Source: Eledone cirrhosa
Taxonomy: Eukaryota
DNA: 64,000 nt
Direction: 5' to 3'
NCBI GenBank assembly: GCA_964016885.1
Contig: OZ024756.1
Span: 38,502,001-38,566,000 of the forward strand
The first letter of the stretch is position 1; every line of letters starts with the position of its first letter. This document shows positions 38,828 through 53,681 of the stretch, in pieces. Below the pieces are notes generated by a model. That model worked only from the letters and a program-made list of their open reading frames with translations, was not told where the DNA came from and did not search any database. Made by a program: the position numbers and the translations under genes.

Positions 38828-39024
38828 CCCCTTAGCATATAAACCGGCCATATCCAACCAGAATTCTGTCACTGTCACCTCTTTTCTGTTGAAACTGGCT
38901 GTAACTGGCCACTCATACTGATGTAGATCTGATAGATTCGACATTATGTGAGATAATTATGTGCAATAAAACCTTTACCGTGAAAATATAATACTATATA
39001 GAGAGTAATGTAAATGCTAAAGAG
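38828..39024. mobile_element. piggyBac-type MITE
   Basis: TTAA-CCCCTTAGCAT...ATGCTAAAGAG-TTAA. Confidence 0.82.
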
Positions 39025-39969
39025 TTAAAGACACAATGTGCCACCAGGAATCAAACCATTGACCTTATGATCATGAGCCAAACACCTTAACCACTAAGGT
39101 AAGTGACTTCACACACACAGACAGACAGACAGACACAGAGAGAAACAAGTATGATTATATTGTTAGTAGACATATCAAAACACATCAAATTCCAGAACAT
39201 GTACAGTAGATATAACAATAATATTATTGAGAATACCAATGAATCTTATGTGTGGTGTGTGCATGTGTGTGTATGTATATGTGTGCATGTGTGTGTATGT
39301 ATATGTGTGCATGTGTGGATGGATAGATGCATCATCAACAACACTAGCATCATCATCATCATCATAGTTTTATCAAATACATAAATATAAACACTTCAAA
39401 ACAAACAGTTTTACAATGCAGAACCACGGTTAGTTTCATGGGGTTTGGTATTAAAAGTGAAAATGTTGACAAGGGAACCATGAGATGTAAATAATTGTTT
39501 CTACTTTTGGCACAAGGCCAGCAATTACCCAGTGCATTACTGGTACTTTATTTTATCGACCCCAAGGCAAAGTTAACCTCAGCAGGATTTGAACTCAGAC
39601 CATAAAGGGCCGTAACTCTTTGCTGCAAAGCATGCTGTCCGACCCACCGATACTGCCAATCCACCGCCCTGTATGTAGATGTAAATAAAAACTGTTGACA
39701 AGGGAAGCAAGAAGTGTAAATAATAGCTATTGTCTTCCATCTAGGTCAACTGTATTATTGTCTAAGACAGAGCAGTGAAGGACTCTAAACCTCCACTCCA
39801 CTGTCACACAGCCTTCCATCACCCCTAGCTGTTATCAAAGTGTGTATACATTTCTGGGGACACCCTGTATATATATATATATATATATATTTATTTATTA
39901 AAATAATAGATTAAAGTTTAAGCAAAGAAACGCTGCTTTCACCCTTAACCGGATCTTCTGAAACTAAAA

Positions 39970-40000
<31 letters not shown>

Positions 40001-40065
40001 TATCAGAAGATCCCATTAAGGATGAAAGCACCAATTCTTTGCTTAAACTTTAATCTGTTATTTTA

Positions 40066-40117
<52 letters not shown>

Positions 40118-40240
40118 TCATATGACAGGCATCCACAGAGTATCTGTCTACTTAAGTCCACTCACAAGGCATCGGTCAGCTTGAGGCTATAGTAGAAGGC
40201 ATTTACTGAAGGTGCCATACACTGGGACTATATTTGTTTT

Positions 40241-42268
40241 AGAGGAGGTAGGAGAGTGTTAGAGAGAGGAGAGTGGTAGAGGAGGGAGGAGAGTGGTAGA
40301 GGAGGGAGGGGAGTGGTAGAGGAGGTAGGGGATGGTAGAGGAGGTAGGGGAGTGGTAGAGGAGGTAGGAGAGTGGTAGAGGAGGCAGGGGAGTGGTAGGG
40401 GAGTGGTAGAGGAGGGAGGAGAGTGGTAGAGGAAGGAGGAGAGTGGTAGAGGAGGGAGGAGAGTGGCAGAGGAGGTATGGGAGTGGTAGAGGAGGGAGGA
40501 GAGTGGTAGAGGAGGTAGGAGAGTGGTAGAGGAGGGAGGAGAGTGGTAGAGGAGGTAGGAGAGTGGTAGAGGAGGGAACGGAGTGGTAGAGGAAGGAGAG
40601 TGGTAGAGAAGGTAGGGGAGTGGTAGAAGAGGGAGGAGAGTGGTAGAGGAGGTAGGAGAGTGGTAGAAGAGTGGTAGAGGAGGTAGGAGAGTGGTAGAGG
40701 GTGGAGGAGAGTGGTAGAGGAGGTAGGAGAGTGGTAGAGGAGGTAGGAGAGTGGTAAAGGAGGGAGGAGAGTGGTAGAGGAGGGAGGAGAGTGGTAGAGG
40801 AGGGAGGAGAGTGGTAGAGGAGGTAGGAGAGTGGTAGAGGAGGGAGGAGAGTGGTAGAAGAGTGGTAGAGGAGGTAGGAGAGTGGTAGAGGGTGGAGGAG
40901 AGTGGTAGAGGAGGTAGGAGAGTGGTAGAGGAGGTAGGAGAGTGGTAAAGGAGGGAGGAGAGTGGTAGAGGAGGGAGGAGAGTGGTAGAGGAGGGGGGAG
41001 AGTGGTAGAGGAGGTAGGAGAGTGGTAGAGGAGGTGAGAGAGTGGTAGAGGAGGTAGGAGAGTGGTAGAGGAGGTAGGAGAGTGGTAGAGGAGGTGAGAG
41101 AGTGGTAGAGGAGGTGAGAGAGTGGTAGAGGAGGGAGGAGAGTGGTAGAGGAGGTAGGAGAGTGGTAGAGGAGGTAGGAGAGTGGTAGAGGAGGTGAGAG
41201 AGTGGTAGAGGAGGGAGGAGAGTGGTAGAGGAGGTAGGAGAGTGGTAGAGGAGGTAGGAGAGTGGTAGAGGAGGTAGGAGAGTGGTAGAGGAGGTAGGAG
41301 AGTGGTAGAGGAGGTAGGAGAGTGGTAGAGGAGGGAGGAGAGTGGTAGAGGAGGGAGGAGAGTGGTAGAGGAGGTAGGAGAGTGGTAGAGGAGGTAGGAG
41401 AGTGGTAGAGGAGGGAGGAGAGTGGTAGAGGAGGTGAGAGAGTGGTAGAGGAGGGAGGAGAGTGGTAGAGGAGGTAGGAGAGTGGTAGAGGAGGTAGGAG
41501 AGTGGTAGAAGAGTGGTAGAGGAGGTAGGAGAGTGGTAGAGGAGGTGAGAGTGGTAGAGGAGGTAGGAGAGTGGTAGAGGAGGTAGGAGAGTGGTAGAGG
41601 AGGTAGGAGAGTGGTAGAGGAGGTAGGAGAGTGGTAGAGGAGGTAGGAGAGTGGTAGAGGAGGTGAGAGAGTGGTAGAGGAGGTAGGAGAGTGGTAGAGG
41701 AGGTAGGAGAGTGGTAGAGGAGGTAGGAGAGTGGTAGAGGAGGTAGGAGAGTGGTAGAGGAGGTAGGAGAGTGGTAGAGGAGGTAGGAGAGTGGTAGAGG
41801 AGGTGAGAGAGTGGTAGAGGAGGTAGGAGAGTGGTAGAGGAGGTAGGAGAGTGGTAGAGGAGGTGAGAGAGTGGTAGTGGAGGTGAGAGAGTGGTAGAGG
41901 AGGGAGGAGAGTGGTAGAGGAGGTAGGAGAGTGGTAGAGGAGGTAGGAGAGTGGTAGAGGAGGGAGGAGAGTGGTAGAGGAGGTAGGAGAGTGGTAGAGG
42001 AGGGAGGAGAGTGGTAGAAGAGTGGTAGAGGAGGTGAGAGAGTGGTAGAGGAGGTGAGAGAGTGGTAGAGGAGGGAGGTGAGTGGTAGAGGAGGTAGGAG
42101 AGTGGTAGAGGAGGTGAGTGAGTGGTAGAGGAGGGAGGAGAGTGGTAGAGAGGTAGGAGAGTGGTAGAGGAGGTAGGAGAGTGGTAGAGGAGGTAGGAGA
42201 GTGGTAGAGGAGGGAGGAGAGTGGTAGAGGAGGGCGGAGAGTGGTAGAGGAGGGAGGAGAGTGGTAGA
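40241..42268. repeat. Purine-rich 20-bp minisatellite (AGTGGTAGAGGAGGTAGGAG)n, ~100 units
   Basis: Directly visible; variants GGAGGGAGGAG and GGTGAGAG. Confidence 0.96.
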
Positions 42269-43936
42269 TCTCAGGATGTCAAACCTCACAGGAAAAATAT
42301 AAATGGAGGGGAGCCATGGAAGACATGGACAGAGGTGGTGAAAACTGATTTCAGGAGGTCAAACCTGACAAAGGTGACAAAGGAACGAGATGAATGGAAG
42401 ACACTATAGAGAAGAGGACACATGTAACCCATGCTGTGATGATGATGATAATGGTGATGATATAAACAATGATGGTGATGGTGGTAATGGTGATGGTGGT
42501 GATGATATAAACAATGATGGTGATGGTGATGATGATGATGGTGGTGTTGTTGGTGATGATGATGGTGGTGTTGTTGGTGATGATGATGGTGGTGATGGTG
42601 ATGGTGATGATGATGGTGTTGTTGGTGACAGCAACAACACAATGGACACAATGCTAGGTTATATAATGGGGGAAGGGGCTTTTTTTTAGGGGGCTGGGTC
42701 CTTTTGTGTGTGAAATGGCTAGTAGAGAGACAATGGGAGCTGAAGTGAGAATGAGATATGAACAAACAAATAGACCAAGGAAGAAACAGAGAGAGGGGAG
42801 AAGACACAATGACAGACCAAGGTGAATAAGAGAGAGAGTGAGAGAGAGAGAGGGAAAAAAGAAAGAGGGATCAACCAAGAGAGAAAAAAACAACAGAATT
42901 TTGTTTTTAAAAAACAATCTCACTCTGAATCCTGAAAAACAAAGCCTGTATTTGAAAAAGAAAATATAAACGGTAAAGGTTCCACATTGTTTCACAGCCT
43001 AGGAAAGACATCTAGAATGGATGCCAGGCATTACTCTACATCTTTCAAAGAAAACTGTTGTAATTATCATGCTATTTCATTCATAAATTTATTCATTCTT
43101 TAATAAGTCACAAACAAGACAAACATGGTGAGATTTTGTTTGTTATGATATTTCTAATTAAAAAACACTAACTATATAATTTTGGAAATAACCACAAATT
43201 TGAAAGGATTTAGTTATTTAACTAACTCTCGTGTTATTAAAAAAAATAATGAAAATTATTGTGTACAGTGCTCAGGTGCATTACAACTCATCAAAGGTGC
43301 ATGTATAGTACATAGAATAATATACAAATGTCAAGAAGAAAGTGAACAGTGTATTAGTCCTGACAGACAGACACACAAACACATACATGTATAGTGTTGG
43401 CAAATGTTGGGAAGCATCGAAGTTTTGAAGGATTCAGTGTCCCGACAGCTAACAACTGTCTCTTAATAACTTTCTCATTATTAAACTGGTGTTTGGAACA
43501 TAATTTAACAAAGGTTCTTACATCAAATTAAGATGAAAAGTTTTTTGATAAATATAAGCACTTTAACCCTTTCATAACCATATTTCTGATGAAAGATACT
43601 ACCCTTAAATTTTGGAGGGGTTTAATAATATAACTAATTTTCTCATTAATAAGCTGATGTTTGGATCAGAACTTAATGAAGGTTCTTAGATAAAAATAAA
43701 CATCTTTGTATTGTAGAACGAGGGGCCATTTGGGTTTGGTATCAAAAGGGTTAATAATTCTCAAGCTAGAAAGGGACAAGGGACCAAGGAACAGCTATAC
43801 ACCAGTGGTTCTTCATCATTTTTCTCCATGTCCCAACTCAACATTTCAGAAAATTTATGAGCCCTCCCTCCCTCAATATACAAACATGTTTAGAGTTTGA
43901 AAGATATAATGTTTAATTATATCTTTCGCTAAGAAT

Positions 43937-44120
43937 TTTAGGTACCCATGTAGTATGACATGGTAGTATGTACCATGTTTTCACTAAAGGTTTTAAGGTA
44001 CCCATGTGGTATGACATGGTAGTATGTACCATGTTTTCACTAAAGGTTTTAAGGTACCCATGTAGTATGACATGGTAGTATGTACCATGATTTCACTAAA
44101 GGTTTTAAGGTACCCATGTA
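43937..44120. repeat. 56-bp tandem repeat, ~3.2 copies
   Basis: GGTACCCATG recurs at 43941, 43997, 44053 and 44109. Confidence 0.92.
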
Positions 44121-46419
44121 ATTTGCAAGCAGTAACAGACATTCTCCTTTGATACAGTATAACAGGATGTGACAGATGCAAGAAGACAGAGGAGGGCGCT
44201 GCATCAGTAATGGACTACTAATTTCTTTATTGAACCAAAAAAAGATGAAAAAGGTAAAATGAACTTCAACAAGATTTGAACTCAGACTGCAGAGACCCAG
44301 AACAAATATACAATACTCTACTGATACTGCCAAATTGTCAGACTAATTATAAGAAAGAAAATTATATTTAATACAAGGGAAATAACTTACATTAACCATA
44401 ATCACATTTAATATTCTTATCTTTCAAATTATATTTTATTATAGTCTCCTCTCTAACTAAATACTATTGGAGGATTCTGGTGTATTTGGCCCTAGGGCCA
44501 CCTCCCTACTCACAACCATCAACACAGTTGGTTACCCAAAGGTGTGAGCCTCACGAGCTAGAATGGCTCTTTCAGCATGTCTCCCCCACCATCCTCTGGG
44601 GAAACACCTTCTCTATTCTGTCTGCCGGGGCTGCGGGGCAGCCATACATATATATAAAGTTCTGCCTTCGGTGGCTAATCAATCCATGCTATCAACCCAA
44701 GATGTATATGTGTGTGTGTGTATATATAAATATACACTCACACATATACATACACATATATATAGACATTTACACACAAATATACTTTCTTATATATATA
44801 TCATGATTGTCAGCATTGTTTAACACTTAATGATGATGATATAGTTTTAGCCAGTAGACTAAGGCCAACCTTATGTTAGTGTGTTCTCTGAAATGGCAAA
44901 AAATTACAATGTTTAGTTATCAATCATTTTCTAATAATTATATTCTTAGAGTCACTAATTAATTCATCAAACAGCTTTGAGTTCCAATCCAAAGTTGAAA
45001 TAACATCAAGTCACACAGCACACTTAATAAAAAAAATAAAAAAATTTTCTTTTAAATTAAATAATTAATATGAAACATTATTTTGCAGGCTAAAAACACG
45101 ATAGCAATAATCATAATTTAAATTTAAAAAAAAAAATTATATATATGTAACAAAAAAAAAAAAAAAAAAAAGCCAACAAAGCCCACACTACATTTCTATG
45201 AGGTTGAACACCTGACCTGATATTTTTTCCATACCTGAGACATGATCTGTTTAAATATAAAACAAACAAAATAAATATTTTAAAAGCTGAAACAAAAACC
45301 AAACAAATTATTCAAAATTTATTTTTAAATGTTCAACCCTTTTGATAACAACCTGGCCAAAACCAGCTTTGGTTCTCGTACAAAACCACCCATTTTAAAG
45401 GGTTCAAATTTAAATTTTCCATATTTTCGTATAAGAACCATATTTGAAGTTACCATGTGTAACACCTTTTTCCATTTTGTGGGCTCAGTATACAAACAAA
45501 TCTCAGAACTTCCAATGGGATCGAGTCTTTCAAATATACATAGTGGAGCACAGGACAGTACTCACCACCTACTGCTCTAGCTCCTTCTTTACTTATTAAT
45601 ATTCTGGATGCTACAGGGGCATTATGTCGCCAATAGGGTAATCTCCCCTAAATACATAATGCAATGACAATGGATGTAATTCATACAAATTTCTAGCATG
45701 CTAAAGATTAATGAGTGCAACAAAAATGTCGACAATGTTGGCACCAGAAAATATATGGTAAATCTAAAGAGAATTTAACAGTTTTCATGTATTTTTATAC
45801 TAAAATGACTGATCCATGATGTTAAAATACTAAGATATTTTGTATATATTTTTACTTACATTTTGTTTTTTCTAACAACCTTTTTTCCCCTTCTTTTAAT
45901 GGTATTTCAGTGTTATAGAATCCTTGTTCAGTATTTCTCAAATTTGTTTCGTCATGGAATCATATGATTATCAAGAAATCAAAGAATGCATATCAATACT
46001 CTACAGACAATCCCCACCATTGTCCTAACTTTAATAAGAATTTGTTTTAGAGAGATAGATAAACAATTTATATAAAACCAAGTACACACTGTAAAGTGGT
46101 TGGTGATATGATGGGCATCCAGCCATAGGAAACTTGCCAAACAAAATACTGGGATGACTAGGACTCTTCAATTGTGCCTAAGATTTGGCCTCACGAGTTG
46201 AGAGGAGACACATATTTGGGATACCCGAAGAGATGCTGGTTTGTAGACCTAGTAAACCCATGTTAACATGACAAAAAATGCATGTTATAGCAATGGTGTT
46301 GGTGATAATGATTATAGTAATTTGCATGAGGTCCGTCCTGTCAAACCGATTGAGAGCAGACACATGATGATGATGATGTAGCAGGGACCAATGGTGGTGT
46401 TAAACCATTCTACGGGTTA

Positions 46420-46588
46420 CAGTATTTCCCGGCGGCAAAGAAGTTTCGTCCTCGAGGACGCACCCTAATTTTGACAACCAAAAAATTTGAAAAAAAAATA
46501 ATAAACAACCTTCAGCCTCCAGGACGCATGGTAGATTTTTGAGACTTATTTTAGGGAAAAAGTAGTGTCTTAGACACCGGCAAATACG
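46420..46588. mobile_element. Probable pogo/Tigger-type MITE
   Basis: TA-CAGTATTTCCCGG...CCGGCAAATACGG-TA imperfect TIRs. Confidence 0.55.
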
Positions 46589-46721
46589 GTAAGTCTAACA
46601 CCAAAGAACTCCGAATCCAAATGTACAGAACTGGAATAGACACTTCAAGGCATCCCGTCCCATCTGATACTTCTTTAAGAATTTCACCAATCTACTTCCT
46701 GCCTTTCAATTGGTATATATT

Positions 46722-46983
46722 TATGGTATGGACATGTGATGTGCATGGATGATGATATAGCTGGGTGAAGAAGTTCCAAGAAATCCCAGTAGAAGGAAGA
46801 CGCAGTAGAGGAAGACCACGACAAACATGGGCGGAGGTGGTGAAAGCAGAACTCAGATCGCTGAAGCTCACGGAGGAGATGACAAAGGACCGTGACGAAT
46901 GAAGAGATGCTGTGCTGAATAGGACCCGTCCCACCCTTGCAAGCAGGGAAAAGTGGACGTAAAATGACAATGATGATGATGAT
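46722..46983 (+). mobile_element. RTE 3' fragment (further subfamily)
   Basis: YGHV..RGRPRQTWAEVVKAELRSLKLTEEMTKDRDE, plus GAT tail; a similar fragment at 53682-53820. Confidence 0.8.
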
Positions 46984-48243
46984 ATATATTTTTTTTGTTT
47001 ATCAACACCTCTCCTAAAAGAATGACAGGAAACGGAGACTTCAATGTGATTTGAACTGAGAGTTTCCAAAACAAATGCAACAGAGTGTTTAGTCTGATGC
47101 TCAAACAACTCTGCCAATTTGCTGCCTAAACAAGGAACAAGGTAAAACCAAAACCAAAACCAAAACAGAAACAATTATATACACCAATCATCTTAAACTG
47201 TTGTGTAACAATTGGCAAAACATCACATGAGAAATAGAATCAGTTATGGTGTTTAACACTTTTGGGTTGCTTCCAAATTCTTGTTAAGCATGCGAACAGA
47301 CACATAGTTTGTTAAAGTGAGAGTGAGTGTACGTGCGTGTGTGTGTGTGCATGTTTACAGCTTAGCAATATAAGTGTGTGTATGTGTTTACAGCTTAGGA
47401 GTATAATGGTTTCTAGTTTAAACAAAAAAAAAAAAAAAAACTAGTCATTTTTGAGAGGGGAAAGGAAAGTCGATTAAATCAACCCCATTACTTAACATGT
47501 GTTTCATTTTATAAACCCGGAAAAGATGATAAACTAAGTTGACCAATGGTCTAACAACTGTGCCAATCCCTCATACTCAGCTTAGGAGTACAACAAGACT
47601 TGTACAGCACCAAACTAACCTAAATCTTGGCTTCCTATTTACATTACTAGGATTTTTTTCAACACATTGACATGTATGTGTATATATGTGTGTGTGTATA
47701 TGCATATGCATACATCTATATATATGAGCATATAAAGATAAACACGCAAAACACACACACACTTACAAAAATACACACTCACAGACATACATTCATACAA
47801 ACAAACACATACACATAGTCCCAAGCCCAGATACTTTCAGGCAACAACAACTGAAGACATATGTTAATACAATTTACTGCGATAAGCTCATGGCTTGATG
47901 GACCTCTAGTCCAGAGACAAACTTTATGAAATCACCCTTAAGCACTGACACATTCAACCTACTACAACTAAATATATATATATATATATATATATAAGGA
48001 AAAAAGATGAAATCGAAAATGCAACTGGAATCTTTTTTTTTTTAAATATATATTTATTTGGTTCTTTTACCAGTTTCGCAGTTCTTCTGCTTTTCAAAAG
48101 TAGAATTGAGATTTGTGGTTTGTGGTTTTTCTCACATCTTAAAAAAAGACTCCAGTTGCATTTTCGATTTCATCTTTTTTTCCTTATACTTTCACTCGTG
48201 TAGGACACCTCGGTTATTTTTCATTTTGTAAAAAAAACCTCAC

Positions 48244-48306
<63 letters not shown>

Positions 48307-48446
48307 CACTCCCGTCCAAACCCATGCAAGCGTGGAACATGGACGTTAAACGATGATGATGATGATGATGATACATACATATATATATATATATAGTAAT
48401 AATAATAATTATGAAGACCAAAATCCAAAGAGGGCTCAATAAGGAT

Positions 48447-48487
<41 letters not shown>

Positions 48488-48642
48488 ATATATAAAGGCG
48501 TAGAGCAAATATTTATTATTAGTACAAATTAAAATTTCAGATCCTGTAACAGGGTGAAAGCAGAAATTGTTTGCTTAAACTTTAATCTGTACTACTAATA
48601 TATATATATGTGTGTGTGTGTGTGCTGTAACAATTTCCTCAC

Positions 48643-48856
48643 CTAAGTTGACGTTCTAAGTAGGTTTTCTGTTCTTTCTCCTCAATTGGATACTCTGGGA
48701 TTTCAAAAGGTGCTGTCACTTTCAAAGCACTGTTCTGGCTTCGGTGAATGATTGAATCAGCAACTTTACGAAACTCATCATCGACTGCTGTATTCAGGTG
48801 CTTGGACATTTTTACATCACTCGGATGGAAATTATTAATCCCAGGACTTTTAATAT
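48643..48856 (-). CDS. AMPD2: Internal coding exon of AMP deaminase (N-terminal region, AMPD2-like)
   Basis: 214 nt; acceptor CTCTTTTCCACAG|, donor AG|GTGAGG; phase 1 to phase 2. Peptide KHLNTAVDDEFRKVADSIIHRSQNSALKVTAPFEIPEYPIEEKEQKTYLERQL resembles the recalled AMPD2 segment [46 protein letters not shown]. Homology is from memory and needs BLAST confirmation. Confidence 0.8.
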
Positions 48857-49612
48857 CTGTGGAAAAGAGCAGACAGGTAAATAAGCACAGGTAAATCAAC
48901 ACAAATAATATCAGAAATGAATACAGATAAAGGAACAAAGGGGAATCAACAGAGATAAGCCATACAAATGATCAACGCAGGTGAACTAATACAGGAAGTT
49001 AATACAGGTAAAGCATTCACAAATAAAATAAGAACTGAACAGAGGTAATAATAAAGAAATTATTGTGTACAGTGCTCAGGTGCACTACAACTCATCAAAG
49101 GCACATGTATAGTACATAGAATAATGTACAAATGTCAGGAAAGTGAATAGTGTATGAGTCATGATATATATGTGTGCATGTGTACATAATTATCTCATAT
49201 AATATCAAATCTATGAGATTTTTTATTTATATTATTTATTTTGAGAACAATACCTTAACGTTGGTATGAGGGGCTGGTTATGGCTGGTTTGAACAGAAAG
49301 AGGTAAGAGAATTCTGGCCGGATATGGCTAGTTTAAATGCTGAAGGGTTAATAAACTTTCTTGCTATAAAGTTAATGTTTGGAACTTAAAAAAGGTTCTT
49401 ACATGAACTTATGATGTAAAGTTCAGAGCTGGACTTACCGATAAGCTACATAAGCTTTAACTTAGGGCTACATATATATTATTTATTCTTTATAATTAGC
49501 ATTAATATAAAAAATAAGAATTAAATTTTTTTTTAGAAAAGGGCTTCAAATTTCAAATAGGGCTTCAACAGATGAAAGTCTGGTCCTGGGAAGGTACATA
49601 TAAATACTTAAA

Positions 49613-49820
49613 CCCTTTAGCATTTACATTACTCTATATATACTATTATATTTTCGTGTTAAAGGCTTTACTTTATATAATTATCTCACATAATATTGAA
49701 TCTATAAGATTTTGATATTATTTATTTTGAGAACAATACCTTAATATAAGTATAAGTAGCCGAACAGATAAAGAGGTGAGAGAATTCTGGCCTGATACGC
49801 CTGGTTTAAATGCTAAAGGG
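49613..49820. mobile_element. piggyBac-type MITE
   Basis: TIRs CCCTTTAGCATTTA / TAAATGCTAAAGGG with TTAA on the right; partial copies at ~49185-49348, ~27840-27897 and 63840-64000. Confidence 0.87.
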
Positions 49821-50187
49821 TTAAAATAAACAGCTTTGTATCATAGAGCGAGAAGAGGTTTCTATCAGTCAGGTATCAAAAGGGTTATGGTGTAGTATTG
49901 TAGCTTATCTCACTATCATGACATCATAGTATAGGAACACACATACACATGTAACAAAATGGGATGTTGCACGGTAGTGAGTCGTTAACATTCAATGCAA
50001 ACATGCAAAGGTTAGAAAGAATTAGGCTGATATGCTCCATGTGTAATGTTAGTGTATATAAGCAACAAATGATAGACATGTTGAAAGTAAAACTGGGTGT
50101 AAGTAGCATCAGATGTTGCAGTGTGCAAGAGATAAGACTCTGCTGATATGGGCATGTGATGTAATACACATGAAGGATGATCATTAA

Positions 50188-50395
50188 CCCTTTAGCATTT
50201 AAACTGGCTGTATCTGGCCAGAATTCTCTCACCTCTTTCTGTTCAAACCGGCTTTAACCAGCCACCCATACTTATGTTAAGGCCTTGTTCTCAAGATAAA
50301 TAATATCAAAATTTCATTGATTCGATATTATGTGAGATAAAGCCTGTACTGTGAAAATATAATAGTAAATATAGAGTAACGTAAATAATAAAGGG
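50188..50395. mobile_element. piggyBac-type MITE inserted into a decayed RTE fragment (~49960-50630)
   Basis: TTAA duplicated at 50184-50187 and 50396-50399; flanks read MLHGSES..VQEIRL..GHV on the left and RRRPR.. plus a GAT tail on the right. Confidence 0.87.
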
Positions 50396-51029
50396 TTAAG
50401 TGAAGAAATGCGAGTAGTTCTAAGTGGAAGGTATCTACAGAAGAAGAAGACCAAGAGAACCCTGTGCAGCTGTAGTGAGAGCTGATTTCAAGATGCTGAA
50501 CTCCTCAAAGAAGATGAGGAAGGAATGCAACAAGGTGAGGAAGGTTAGACTGAAGAAGACCCATCCAACCCATGCAAGTAAGGAAAAACATCTACAAAAC
50601 AATAATGATGACGATGATGATGATGATGACAACGATGAAAGGCTTCTTCACAGCTTCTATCAACCAAATTCATTAAAAAAGCATTGTTAGGTTTAAAACA
50701 ATATTAGAAATCATTTGCCAAAGACACCAACACAATGGAATCAAACCCCAAACCACATAGCTGCGACATAATCTACTTAACCACACAGCCATACCTGCTC
50801 CAATATCAAGTATTTTTAGTCAGCAGTACAAAAAAAAAAGACAAATAAAGTCAGTCAACTTTTACTAAAAGCCACAGTTATTAGTAACCTTAGATTTTAA
50901 CTGAAAGACTTCAGAAATGGTGATTTGATCTAATTCTTTGACATCTAGGCATAAAGAATTCACTGTTTGGAATTTAAAAAATTCCAACTCAGAACACTTA
51001 GGTATTTGTTGATCTACCTCTCTCTCTCC

Positions 51030-51076
<47 letters not shown>

Positions 51077-51482
51077 TACATATATATATAGTAGTTTCTC
51101 TCCCACTCTAATAGCCTCTCTCCTTGCCCATCACCTCTATCTCTCTCTAATAGTCACTAAATTCCTATCAATATATATACACACACACATAACAAACTCA
51201 GTTTAACCCTTTTGATACCAACCTGGCCATAACTGGCCCTGATTCCATGAAATAAAACCACCTATTTCAAGCAATTCCTCAATACATTTATATCTTCCAA
51301 GATATTATAGAAGAACCATATATTAAGTTATAATATTAGGAATGAAATAATTAATCATTTGAGTAAATCCTTCAAAATTCTGCATTAATTAATTGGGAGT
51401 ATATATATATGTGTGTGTATGTGTGTATTTTGTATATCTAGCGTTATACAGTATGTTTATGAATAGAGCGAACACCTTAATC

Positions 51483-51542
<60 letters not shown>

Positions 51543-51595
51543 TATATATATAGAGAGACCTGTCAACCTAGTAGGACAGCAAAGGTTAAACGATG

Positions 51596-51635
<40 letters not shown>

Positions 51636-53335
51636 GTTTTTAGAAATCCACTACAGTGCAAGTTGGAAATAAATGAGTGAAAAAAAAAACAAAAAAAAAA
51701 CAAAAAAACAAATTACAGTTTTACCTTATATTTTGGGTCAAAATGCTCTTGATCAAGAGCAAATGTAGTATGAGCTAATCTGTGGTCAGTACAGATATGA
51801 GGGAAAGATGTGACATGCAAAGATTTATAGATTTATATCAACCAATTGATGGTAAGCAACTCTTATCTGTTGCTAATGGTGGCTTTTTTTTTTTTGTTAA
51901 TCTTTTAACAGGAACAGCTTCTTGACTAATAAAATCTCCAATAGTTATTCTGGTGGCTTTGATAGTGACAATGATGTTCTGATTACGAAACCTCTCTAGA
52001 TATTTTCTAACAGAAGAGATGGCAGGAGACAGAGTAGGAAAGGAGGAGGAGATTTTCCCATGAATGCATTAATAAACTAAATTTGCTTATCAAGTCTTTA
52101 ACCTCGTAGAATAAGAATAAACAGTATATATATATATATATATATATATTCGTTTGTAGTGAAATTACTGAAACAGGAAATTTATATAACTATTGCGATG
52201 ACCTTTGAACTTATCATATCAGCAAAACCTTCAGACAGTAGCAATTACAATATAGAGTCCAAACAATAAAAATACCATAATTACACATTGTCTTTCTATT
52301 ATATATCTCTCTATCTCTCTGTCATCTACTCTCAGGTCTTGAATAACCGTTCCCACACCCTTATTAATTTTTCAGATTTTTTCCAGATTTTTTCCAAATG
52401 ACTCCCCCCCCCCCATCCTGCCACTTTTATTTCAAGTTCATAGCTGCCAAAGAATTTAGCTTAACATTTTATTTTTATCTCACCTCCCACTACCTTCAAT
52501 GCTTCTTACCACCTGACCAAAGACACATCAAGCACTCTAGTGTTGTAATAAGGTAGTGCTGATGCCACAATAAAATGCACCCAGCCCACTCTGTAAAGTT
52601 GTAGCACAGGTGTCATGATAAAAAGCGCCCTGTCCACCCAATAAGGTGGTACTGCTGGTGCCATGACAAAAAGCACCATGCCTGCACTGTAAGGCGGAAG
52701 TGATGGTGCCATGACAAAAGACACTCGGTCAACCCTGTAAGGCGGTAGTGCTGGAGTCACAATAAAATGCTCCCAGTACATGATGTAAAGTGGTTGGCAT
52801 TAGAAAGAGCATCCAGCCTTGAAACCAACCCAAAAGCAAAACATATACGCTAGATGTAGTCACACGACCAGTTGGGCCTCAGTATCTGGCAGCCCATTTA
52901 ACTCATGCAAGCATGGAATATAGACAAATGGTGACGAAGATGAAGATGATGATGATGATGATGGAGTTTTAGATACCTCTTCTAGTTTGTCATGGCTTAC
53001 TAGTTCTATACAGACGTATAAATAAAATAAACAAATGAATAATACAAATGGTGATTTAGTAGATTGATAACTGAAGAATTTAGCTGAACTTATTGACCTT
53101 TTTAAAAACTAAAGTGGTGATTGATGAATACTATTGTTTGTTGTATTTTATTCTTGAGGGAATATATGTGTTGGCAGTTTTTTTCAAAGTTGCGTCTATC
53201 TGGCAAGTGAGTTGATCTGACACTGTGTTGAAATTATAGCAATGACATCACAGAAAGTCATTTTAACAATTCCATAAAAGAAAATATAGGATTGAGTGGT
53301 TGTTTGTTTCATGGTGTCAATAATGTAAATCACAT

Positions 53336-53373
<38 letters not shown>

Positions 53374-53642
53374 AATATAATTTCAGCAAGATCGAATTTC
53401 GGTAGTGGTCAAAAACAAAGCGAAACGCAATTTCCGAGTCACGCAGCAAGCGCTCCACGGACTAAAAAAAGACCAGAGCAATAAACATAGGTTATAGAGG
53501 CCAAACAAACTGAGAATGGCGGTCAAGAAGCCATCAGCCACCTAAGCCAAAAAAACGAAGCAAGCTAAACAGGTCATGCATCATCTGTTTCATGGTGTCA
53601 CTAATTTTTATCACATTGTATGTGTAGGTATGTGTGTATATA

Positions 53643-53681
<39 letters not shown>

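Noticed and set aside
39891-40070. Hammerhead in the inverted repeat (CAGAAGA TCC..GGAT GAAA GC)
   Set aside because: Core reads CAGAAGA in both arms and no convincing stem I/III; kept only as an inverted repeat.
40259-42289. 676-aa Pro/Ser/Leu-rich ORF
   Set aside because: Translation of the 20-bp purine minisatellite; the unit is not a multiple of 3.
51724-51830. Possible minus-strand exon ending AAG|GTAAAA
   Set aside because: The phase needed to join exon 48856 places a TAA immediately before the donor; could only be non-coding and has no other support.
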